Assembly (NCBI GenBank): GCA_001778695.1
Contig: MFHU01000003.1
Span: forward strand, 75,112-139,111
Length of the DNA stretch: 64,000 bases
Source: Candidatus Giovannonibacteria bacterium RIFCSPHIGHO2_12_FULL_44_22
Lineage (GTDB): Bacteria; Patescibacteriota; Minisyncoccia; UBA11713; 2-01-FULL-45-33
Reading direction: 5' to 3'
Positions 18,543 through 25,719 of the stretch are shown here, one piece after another. Both the position numbers and the translations under genes were made by a program. Each line of letters opens with the position of its first letter. The first letter of the stretch is position 1. The notes under the pieces are model-generated. The model was given only the letters and a program-made list of their open reading frames with translations, did not search any database and was not told where the DNA came from.

Positions 18543-18725
18543 ATGTTTACAAAGTTAGCAAATTATTTTAAAGAAACCAGGTTGGAGATGAGAAAAGTGA
18601 ATTGGCCTACCAGAGCCGAAACTTTGCGCTATACAGTAACTGTAATTTTGGTGTCTTTGGGCGTGGCGGCGGTTTTGGGCTTCTTTGATTTTATTTTTAC
18701 CAGCATCCTTCAGTCTTTTATTTAA
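18543..18725 (+). CDS. secE: Preprotein translocase subunit SecE
   Basis: 60 aa with a single TM. Conserved position just before nusG. Confidence 0.7.
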   Translation: MFTKLANYFKETRLEMRKVNWPTRAETLRYTVTVILVSLGVAAVLGFFDFIFTSILQSFI

Positions 18726-18808
18726 ATAATAAATTTTATATTTGGTCGAATTTTATGATATTTAGTTTACAAAAGCATTATAACTAATCGATTTTTCTAC
18801 TACCTGGT

Positions 18809-19354
18809 ATGGCGAAACAAACATCTGAATTCGGAAAAAATTGGTACGCTGTGCACACTTACTCCGGCTATGAGGACGCGGTGGCCAGAAATTTACGCCA
18901 ACGCATTGAATCTTTAGGAATGGAAAATCAGATTTTTCAAGTTGTGGTGCCAAAGGAAAAAAAGATAAAAATAAAAGGCGGCAAGCGGCGCGTGGTTGAG
19001 GAAGAAATTTATCCGGGTTATGTTTTGGTGGAGATGGTGGTGACGGACGCTTCGTGGTATGTTGTCAGAAACACTCCGCGGGTTACGGGCTTTGTGGGCT
19101 CAGGCACCACGCCTGTGCCTTTAGCCAAGGAAGAAATTGATTCGCTATTTTCGCGAATGGGCAAAGACGAACCGGTCCATAAAATTGATATTTCTGTGGG
19201 CGATCCGGTGCGCATAATTGACGGGCCATTCAAAGATTTTGAAGGCAAGGTGCACGAAATTGACGAAGCCAGGGGTAAAGCGAAAGTTTTTGTTTTAATG
19301 TTCGGCCGGGAAACTCCGGTGGAGCTGGATTTTTTACAAGTTAAAAAGTTATAA
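18809..19354 (+). CDS. nusG: Transcription termination/antitermination factor NusG
   Basis: NGN domain (NWYAVHTYSGYE) and KOW motif (GDPVRIIDGPFKDFEGKV). Confidence 0.9.
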   Translation: MAKQTSEFGKNWYAVHTYSGYEDAVARNLRQRIESLGMENQIFQVVVPKEKKIKIKGGKRRVVEEEIYPGYVLVEMVVTDASWYVVRNTPRVTGFVGSGTTPVPLAKEEIDSLFSRMGKDEPVHKIDISVGDPVRIIDGPFKDFEGKVHEIDEARGKAKVFVLMFGRETPVELDFLQVKKL

Positions 19355-19363
19355 AATATTTAT

Positions 19364-19789
19364 ATGGCCAAGGCTATAAAGACAATATTAAAATTACAGA
19401 TACCGGCGGGAAAAGCCACGCCGGCGCCTCCGATCGGCCCGGCTTTGGGCCAGCACGGAATCAACATCGGAGAATTCGTAAATAAATTCAATGCCGCCAC
19501 CGCCCAGATGGGAGACGATATAATTCCGGCGGAAATTACAATCTACCAGGACCGGACTTTTGATTTTAAATTAAAAACCCCGCCGGCTTCGGATCTTTTG
19601 CGAAAAGCCGCCGGAGTTGAAAAAGGCGCGGCCAATCCTTTGGCCGGAAAAGTTGGCAAAATCTCGCGTGCCAAAATCCACGAAATCGCCGAACGAAAAA
19701 TGGAGGATTTAAACGCCAATGATATTGAAGCGGCCTCAAAAATTATTGAAGGAACCGCCCGCTCAATGGGGATTGAGGTTGCGGATTAA
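19364..19789 (+). CDS. rplK: 50S ribosomal protein L11
   Basis: [26 protein letters not shown]. Confidence 0.9.
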   Translation: MAKAIKTILKLQIPAGKATPAPPIGPALGQHGINIGEFVNKFNAATAQMGDDIIPAEITIYQDRTFDFKLKTPPASDLLRKAAGVEKGAANPLAGKVGKISRAKIHEIAERKMEDLNANDIEAASKIIEGTARSMGIEVAD

Positions 19790-19814
19790 ACTTGCGCGGT
19801 TTTGTTCTAAAAAT

Positions 19815-19845
19815 AAAAGGCCAACTCACGGGTTGGCTTTTTTGA
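19815..19845 (+). terminator. Rho-independent terminator after rplK
   Basis: GCCAAC-TCACGG-GTTGGC followed by TTTTTT. Confidence 0.6.
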
Positions 19846-19855
19846 AACATGATTG

Positions 19856-20545
19856 CTATCGCTGGCCGGAATAGCGCGCCCCCTTTTTCATGATGTATGG
19901 GACTTGGGCGGGCGAAGACAATTGCCGGAATGAAGCAGCGGCGAAAGGCAGGCCAGGGTAGATATTAAAGTTTTTTTGAGAAATATTGATTACCTCCAAT
20001 ACTGCGTGACCAACCCAACCGGCATGGAAAATCGGAGAAGAAACATGGGACGTCATGCCATCGCGAGCTAAGCGACTTTTGCCATTCAGTTCCATTTGTA
20101 TGTCGTAAGGGACACATATGATTTCAAGCGTGTGCGCAAGTGCTAACATTCCTGGTTGCAGCTCCACTGTTTCGTCGTGATCAATGGTGAATTTTATCCG
20201 ATGTTCGTCTTCAATGGAGACCTTTCTGGTTTTTTCCAAAAGATTTATATTGTTATTGCGGTAATCTCTTGTCAATCTCCGGATCACCCGTCTTCCATCA
20301 ATTTTCACAACTTCCAGGATGGTATCCGCGATTTCTATCTCGGTACCAAACCGGAGATCAATAGTATCGGCATCAAGGGCGCTCGTAGGGGGTAGAGGAT
20401 CAATGATGATTTTTCCTTTTTTTAAAGCCAGCTCTAATTTTCTAGGAATCTTTCCTCGCGCCACTTCTTCCAAAAAATAAGGCTTGAGCCCTACCCTTTC
20501 CAAGGTGGTAAGTCGTTTTTTAAAATCGCGATCTGACAGAATCAT
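19856..20545 (-). CDS. dcd: dCTP deaminase
   Basis: N-terminus MILSDRDFKKRL resembles E. coli Dcd MRLCDRDIEAWL. dUTPase-fold motifs SRLARDGM and GWVGHAVLEV (catalytic Glu present), plus C-terminal ARYSGQ. Confidence 0.7.
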   Translation of the reverse strand: MILSDRDFKKRLTTLERVGLKPYFLEEVARGKIPRKLELALKKGKIIIDPLPPTSALDADTIDLRFGTEIEIADTILEVVKIDGRRVIRRLTRDYRNNNINLLEKTRKVSIEDEHRIKFTIDHDETVELQPGMLALAHTLEIICVPYDIQMELNGKSRLARDGMTSHVSSPIFHAGWVGHAVLEVINISQKNFNIYPGLPFAAASFRQLSSPAQVPYIMKKGARYSGQR

Positions 20546-20692
20546 AAGCTTGCTCCTTTCGTTTTTTATTCACAAACTTTCTGGGCTGATAATAGCAAGG
20601 CATTTTAATAATGTCAAAAATGTCAAATAGATTTAAAATTTGATTTTTAAAGGCGGATATGCTTTCTTAATATTTAGAAGGGAGATAGAAAT

Positions 20693-21085
20693 ATGGAAGC
20701 ACTTTTACATGACTCAGCATTAGCGTTGGTCAAAATAAACACCTATGACTCCATCTTCGTCAGCGAACTTTTTGGTTTTAATGTGGATGGAGCTCCTGGA
20801 GAGGTTTGTTACTGCGGAATATGCCAAGGTGGCATGAAGCGATTTACTGGTAATGGCACTTCAGTGATTTACTGCAAAAGATGTGGTTTGCGCGTGAATT
20901 TGCCAAGCGACGTTATGTCTCTGGATGATTTGATTGAATATCTTTCTTTTGAGAATTTGGAAGAAGATATAGTGCGGCGCGGCATTTGTCCGAGATGTTT
21001 CGGAACGAAGAAAATCCAAGTGATCGGCGAAAGCCACGGGTTAAAAATTCCAGAAATTTTTAACTGTTCAAAGTGTCAAGAATAA
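20693..21085 (+). CDS. Hypothetical tetra-CxxC zinc-ribbon protein
   Basis: CYCGIC, CKRCG, CPRCFG and CSKCQ motifs. SD GGGAGATAG. Confidence 0.45.
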   Translation: MEALLHDSALALVKINTYDSIFVSELFGFNVDGAPGEVCYCGICQGGMKRFTGNGTSVIYCKRCGLRVNLPSDVMSLDDLIEYLSFENLEEDIVRRGICPRCFGTKKIQVIGESHGLKIPEIFNCSKCQE

Positions 21086-21106
21086 AAAAGAAAGGAGAAT
21101 CGCTAT

Positions 21107-22639
21107 ATGGACTGGCCAGTATACGAAACAAGCCAAATTATTGTAGGCAATTTAGAAAGTCCAGTAGCGATAACCACGCTCTGGACAAATAAGGAACCGA
21201 TTGCTAATCAGATTGGCGACAAGCGCCTGTATTGCGCCGTGGGGACACTCTATAATCGCAAAGTGGGGATTGATTTGTTGGTGCGGAATTTGCTTGCGCG
21301 CCCGACCATCCGCAATTTAATTATCTGCGGACATGATCGCGCGAGAAGTGGCGAGGCGCTTATAAAGTTTTTCCGCCACGGTTTCAAGCGCGGAGTTGAC
21401 GGCAACGGCAACCCGAAATGGATTATTGACCTAAGCGATGGAGATTATGGCGTCATTGATATTGAGGTGGAAGAAGAAATGCTCCATCTCCTAAGAAAAA
21501 ACGTTACTTTCCTTGATTTTCGCGGCACAGAAGACGGAAGCGCTCTCTGTTCGGTGTTGGAAGATTTACACTCTAGCACCAAAGCCGTTTCTTACGCAGA
21601 AGCTAAAATTTTCCCGAAAGTGATACCGGCTGTGTCTTCTTTGCCGGCGCCGGACAGCGGACGCGTGTTTCGGTCTCCTACCGTTGTGGGCGCTTGGTTG
21701 CAGGCGATCCGCGAGATTTCCAAGTTTGGGGTGGTGGGCGATACCCATTACAATCCGGCTGCCGAAGTGCTGAATATTCTAACAGTCATAACCGCGGAAA
21801 ATCCTAATGACTTTTTCGTTCCGGATTGGCTGCCTATCGGACGGAAGGAAATTAAGGCGTATTGTGAGCAGGTGCTGACACCGATACTCTCACCCGGCGC
21901 GCGCTATGGCTATGGCCATCGTATTTTCAAATACTTCGGCTATGACCAGCTTGAAACGTCTGTTAAAAAATTAGTCGAAGACCCCGATTCAAAAAGCGGA
22001 GTCATAAATATTTGGGATCCGGCTAAAGATGTTGGCGATCTGGTAAATCCTAAATCGCCGTGCGTCAACAAAATTTGGCCGAGGTTGCGGCGGGGCAAAC
22101 TTTTTATGACTGTCACAATTCGCTCAAACGACATCGGCGAAGCATATTTAGGGAATGGTTTTGCTTTTAGGCGTTTTCAGGCGGAGTATCTTAGAATACT
22201 AAGAGAGTTGATGGTAGAACAGGAACTTTCGTTGGGCGACCTTACTATTAATTCTGAATCTGCCCATCTCTACGAATCAAGTTGGTCTAATGTTGAGGAA
22301 ACGCTTAATCGGCGTTGGAAGGAAGTTATGAAAGGTCCTGCTGTGCGCCAGGATCCTTATGGCTCTTTCCGAATCGTTGTGGATGTAGAATCCAAAATGA
22401 TTATAGCGACGCATTTTTCGCCGGGCGATGATATTATCGCGGAATATCGCCGCAGGACTGCCTTAGAGCTTACAACCAAGCTTGCAGATGATGGTATTAT
22501 GTCAGAACCATATCACGCTGCTTATCTTGGGCGCGAGCTCCAAAAAGCGGAGTTTGCTTTGCAATTTGGGTTGAACTACATTCAAGACCAGCCTCTTTTT
22601 AAGGTGCACGGTCCCAAGCCGCGTATTCTTCTCGAATAG
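21107..22639 (+). CDS. Thymidylate-synthase (ThyA) fold enzyme with an N-terminal extension of about 180 aa and a C-terminal extension of about 90 aa
   Basis: Residues about 180-420 align with ThyA. GARYGYGHRIF matches ThyA GPVYGKQWR. EDPDSKSGVINIWDP matches NDPDSRRIIVSAWN. Active-site Cys in SPCVNK matches PCH. RSNDIGEAYLGNGF has Asn at the ThyA N177 position. AHLYES matches THLYSN. Strong SD AAAGGAGAA. Confidence 0.6.
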   Translation: MDWPVYETSQIIVGNLESPVAITTLWTNKEPIANQIGDKRLYCAVGTLYNRKVGIDLLVRNLLARPTIRNLIICGHDRARSGEALIKFFRHGFKRGVDGNGNPKWIIDLSDGDYGVIDIEVEEEMLHLLRKNVTFLDFRGTEDGSALCSVLEDLHSSTKAVSYAEAKIFPKVIPAVSSLPAPDSGRVFRSPTVVGAWLQAIREISKFGVVGDTHYNPAAEVLNILTVITAENPNDFFVPDWLPIGRKEIKAYCEQVLTPILSPGARYGYGHRIFKYFGYDQLETSVKKLVEDPDSKSGVINIWDPAKDVGDLVNPKSPCVNKIWPRLRRGKLFMTVTIRSNDIGEAYLGNGFAFRRFQAEYLRILRELMVEQELSLGDLTINSESAHLYESSWSNVEETLNRRWKEVMKGPAVRQDPYGSFRIVVDVESKMIIATHFSPGDDIIAEYRRRTALELTTKLADDGIMSEPYHAAYLGRELQKAEFALQFGLNYIQDQPLFKVHGPKPRILLE

Positions 22640-22643
22640 CCCT

Positions 22644-22685
22644 ACTATCCTGCGCAACGCAAGGTGGTAGGGCAATTTTTTTTAT
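22644..22685 (+). terminator. Rho-independent terminator
   Basis: GCCCTAC..CCTGCGCAACGCAAGG..GTAGGGC followed by AATTTTTTTT. Confidence 0.55.
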
Positions 22686-22702
22686 GATAAAATAATTTCT
22701 AT

Positions 22703-23242
22703 ATGATTCTTGGGTCAACGGAGTTTTTGAGGTTGGTAAAAGAGATTAATTTGGTTGAGAATTTGTCGAAACGCGAACTTACTAATCCGGAAGGCGCCGG
22801 TTTTGATTTGCGCCTGGGAAAACTTTTTAGATTAAAAGGAAAAGGTTTTCTTGGTGTGAATGAACGCGAAACTCCAAAGGTTGAGCTCGCGGCGGAATTC
22901 AACTCCGGGAAAGCGCAGTCTGTGATTATAAAACCGGGCGAATATTTTTTAACCGAAACAATAGAAAAACTTAATATGCCGCTGGATTTGCTGGGCATTG
23001 TAAAACCGCGAACGACTCTGCATCGCTCGGGCATAATTACTAGAGTATCAATCGCCGACCCTGGTTATTCAGGAGTTTTGCATCCGGCTATTTATAACGC
23101 TGGGGGTGTTGAAGTGGAAATAGAAATGGGCGCGCGCTACGTTAATATTATGTTTTTTGAAGTTAAGGGCGACACGGCAAAATACCGCGGCCAGTGGCAG
23201 GGCGGCCGTGCCACTACCCAAGGAAGAGAAACTCAAATATAA
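22703..23242 (+). CDS. Second dUTPase-fold protein (Dcd/Dut-like) lacking the Dcd catalytic Glu
   Basis: RTTLHRSGI, DPGYSGVLHPAIYN (no Glu where Dcd has ..LE..) and C-terminal KYRGQWQGG. Confidence 0.55.
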   Translation: MILGSTEFLRLVKEINLVENLSKRELTNPEGAGFDLRLGKLFRLKGKGFLGVNERETPKVELAAEFNSGKAQSVIIKPGEYFLTETIEKLNMPLDLLGIVKPRTTLHRSGIITRVSIADPGYSGVLHPAIYNAGGVEVEIEMGARYVNIMFFEVKGDTAKYRGQWQGGRATTQGRETQI

Positions 23243-23260
23243 TAATGAATAAATAAAATT

Positions 23261-24577
23261 ATGAAAGTTCGCGCGTGGGCATTAATTATTTTAATCATCG
23301 GAGTTTTGGCCGGTTTTTATGATTCGGCGCAATTTTTAATCCGCCAGCCTGCGGACGGCAATTCTCACTGGCTGAAACCTTTTCAATTGGGGCTGGATTT
23401 GCAGGGCGGGACGCATTTAGTTTATCAAGCCGATACCGCTTCCATCGCCTCTTCGGATGTCGCGGAAGCCATAGCCGGCGTTAGGGATATTATTGAACGC
23501 CGCGTGAATCTTTTCGGCGTGGCGGAGCCGGTTGTGCAGACGGAAAATGTTGGAAGCGAGCGGAGGCTGATTGTGGAATTGGCCGGAGTTTTTGATATAA
23601 AAGAAGCGATTAAAACAATCGGCGAGACGCCCTTTTTGGAATTTAAGGAATTAAAGCGCGATAAATCCGGCGGGGTAGCTTCATCCACTGGAGCCGTAAC
23701 CGATTTCGTGGCCACGAATCTTACCGGCAGATATCTTAAAAAAGCTTCTTTGAATTTCGCGCAAAATCTTGGGGAGCCCGAAATTTCTCTGGAATTCAAC
23801 GACGACGGCGCCAAAATTTTTGAAGAAATTACCGCCAGAAACGTGGGGGAGCCGGTCGCCATATTTTTGGACGGCGCTCCGATAAGCATTCCGGTGGTGC
23901 GCGAAAAAATCACCGGCGGCAAAGCGCAGATTACCGGCAAATTTTCCGTGGATGAAGCCAGGCAATTGGTGCGCAGGTTCAACGCCGGCGCATTGCCTGT
24001 GCCCATTGTTTTAATTTCCCAGCAGAGCATCGGTTCTTCTTTGGGCAAAGACGCGCTTTTTAAAAGTCTCCGCGCCGCGCTTTACGGAACAATCGCTGTA
24101 ATGCTTTTTATGATTTTTTGGTATCGCTTGCCCGGACTTATCGCGGTACTGGCCTTGGGGGTTTACTCGGCTTTGACTTTGCTTTTATTTAAATTGGTTC
24201 CGGTGACGCTTTCCTCGGCTGGTATCGCTGGATTTATTTTGTCGGTGGGTATGGCAGTGGACGCGAATATTTTAATTTTTGAAAGGATGAAGGAAGAAAT
24301 CCGTTCCGGAAAATTTTTGGATACGGCCATGGCCGAAGGTTTCCGCAGGGCGTGGACTTCTATAAGAGATTCTAATGTTTCCAGTTTAATTACTTCCGTA
24401 ATTCTTTATTGGTTCGGCACGTCAATTGTCCGCGGATTCGCGCTAACCTTAGGCCTCGGAATTTTAGTGAGCATGTTTTCGGCAATCACCGCCTCGCGAT
24501 ATTTTCTTTTCTCTTTGCCGCACAAGGATGCCGGCCGCATCACTCGCTTCCTCTTTGGCGCTGGACTTTCTCGGTAG
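23261..24577 (+). CDS. secD: Protein-export membrane protein SecD
   Basis: LGLDLQGG motif, a periplasmic domain and six C-terminal TM segments. No secF lies adjacent. Confidence 0.75.
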   Translation: MKVRAWALIILIIGVLAGFYDSAQFLIRQPADGNSHWLKPFQLGLDLQGGTHLVYQADTASIASSDVAEAIAGVRDIIERRVNLFGVAEPVVQTENVGSERRLIVELAGVFDIKEAIKTIGETPFLEFKELKRDKSGGVASSTGAVTDFVATNLTGRYLKKASLNFAQNLGEPEISLEFNDDGAKIFEEITARNVGEPVAIFLDGAPISIPVVREKITGGKAQITGKFSVDEARQLVRRFNAGALPVPIVLISQQSIGSSLGKDALFKSLRAALYGTIAVMLFMIFWYRLPGLIAVLALGVYSALTLLLFKLVPVTLSSAGIAGFILSVGMAVDANILIFERMKEEIRSGKFLDTAMAEGFRRAWTSIRDSNVSSLITSVILYWFGTSIVRGFALTLGLGILVSMFSAITASRYFLFSLPHKDAGRITRFLFGAGLSR

Positions 24578-24614
24578 GCCCTGCTAATGTCTATTTTAGA
24601 GGAGGGTCGCAATA

Positions 24615-24965
24615 ATGCTTAAAATTTTGGAAACAGATTCAGAGAATAATCCGACATTGGTTGAATATTACGGTCAGAAAATTAAAGAAGGAGACGTAAT
24701 AAATTTCAAAGCAAGTAGATCTGAAAGAAAGCCGCCTAAGTATTTCCTTGTGGATTCCATTATCGAAAAGATACGCAATGGCGATTGTATTGCTGTAACT
24801 TTATTGCAATGCCGACCTACAGTGACTGTGCGGCTTGATCAAAATGATCCAGATGACGAATTCTCTTTTCGAATTCTTACGCCCTGGCAGGCAGTCGGGA
24901 TACTCAATGACTTCGGTGAATCAGTGCTGAAAATTATAAAAGATCTACGCAGAGCTATTGAATAA
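24615..24965 (+). CDS. Hypothetical protein
   Basis: Strong SD GAGGAGGG. No recognisable motifs. Confidence 0.4.
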   Translation: MLKILETDSENNPTLVEYYGQKIKEGDVINFKASRSERKPPKYFLVDSIIEKIRNGDCIAVTLLQCRPTVTVRLDQNDPDDEFSFRILTPWQAVGILNDFGESVLKIIKDLRRAIE

Positions 24966-24974
24966 TTAACTTTC

Positions 24975-25015
24975 CTACGCTACGCTTTCGGCAATGTTTC
25001 GGAAGCGTTTTTTTA
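24975..25015 (+). terminator. Rho-independent terminator
   Basis: CGCTTTCGGCAATGTTTCGGAAGCG followed by TTTTTTT. Confidence 0.45.
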
Positions 25016-25041
25016 TCTCTAATTTTTATGTGATTTATTGA

Positions 25042-25079
25042 TATACTCATTCTTATACGATCGTAGCAAATTGAGTATA
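25042..25079. promoter_or_regulatory. 38-bp palindromic operator, copy 1: TATACTCA-N22-TGAGTATA with central ACGATCGT
   Basis: Read directly. It overlaps -10-like TATACT hexamers upstream of the regulator gene. Confidence 0.6.
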
Positions 25080-25106
25080 CTATATTTATATGCTAAATTA
25101 TAAGAT

Positions 25107-25649
25107 ATGCGGCGGAGAATTATTTACGAGCCAACTTTAAGCGATGCGGCGTTGCTTATTCTTGACGCGGCAGGCAAAATTTTTATTAAATCTTTTTGGC
25201 CGCATCCTTATTATCATACGTTCTGCAATCACAAACCCAAGCAGTCTTTTAGAAACGCCCTTAGTCGTTTGGAAAATAAAGGTTTGATAGTTGGCGAACG
25301 CAGAAACGGCAAAGTTATTTTTAACCTTTCCGATAATGGAGAGAAGCTCGCTAAACGCTTGAAATTGAAACTGGAACTTGCCAAGAAATGGCGCTGGGAC
25401 GGAAAGTGGAGAATTTTAATTTTTGACGTGCCGGAGAAAATCCGAGGGAAGCGCGATTTTTTAAGGCGCGAACTTATTGATTTCGGATTTTATCCTCTTC
25501 AAAAAAGCGTCTGGGTTTATCCTTACAATCTACCGGAAGACTTTTTTGATATTTTTAACGAACTTGATTTTGGAGAACAATTAGTTTTGGTTGAATCCGC
25601 GAATATCAAACAAGACGATTCTATCCGAGCGTTTTTCGGCTTATCTTAA
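25107..25649 (+). CDS. PaaX-like transcriptional regulator (wHTH N-terminus plus a Cas2/VapD-like C-terminal fold)
   Basis: ALSRLENKGLIV...NGKVIFNLSDNGEKL wHTH-like pattern. C-terminal WRILIFDVPEKIRGKRDFLRRELIDFGF...QKSVW resembles the PaaX_C/Cas2-like strand-helix pattern. Confidence 0.45.
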   Translation: MRRRIIYEPTLSDAALLILDAAGKIFIKSFWPHPYYHTFCNHKPKQSFRNALSRLENKGLIVGERRNGKVIFNLSDNGEKLAKRLKLKLELAKKWRWDGKWRILIFDVPEKIRGKRDFLRRELIDFGFYPLQKSVWVYPYNLPEDFFDIFNELDFGEQLVLVESANIKQDDSIRAFFGLS

Positions 25650-25651
25650 AC

Positions 25652-25689
25652 TATACTCATTTTTGTACGATCGTGAATAATTGAGTATA
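25652..25689. promoter_or_regulatory. 38-bp palindromic operator, copy 2; 31 of 38 positions identical to copy 1
   Basis: TATACTCATTTTTGTACGATCGTGAATAATTGAGTATA. It lies directly after the regulator stop and upstream of the surface-protein gene. Confidence 0.6.
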
Positions 25690-25719
25690 GTGGGTTTTTG
25701 TTGATTGTAAAATTTTGCC

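Noticed and set aside
23425-24048. 207-aa antisense ORF inside secD, and similar antisense ORFs inside gyrB, the GT genes and the epimerase genes
   Set aside because: They lie opposite confidently assigned genes, are low-complexity, and lack SDs.
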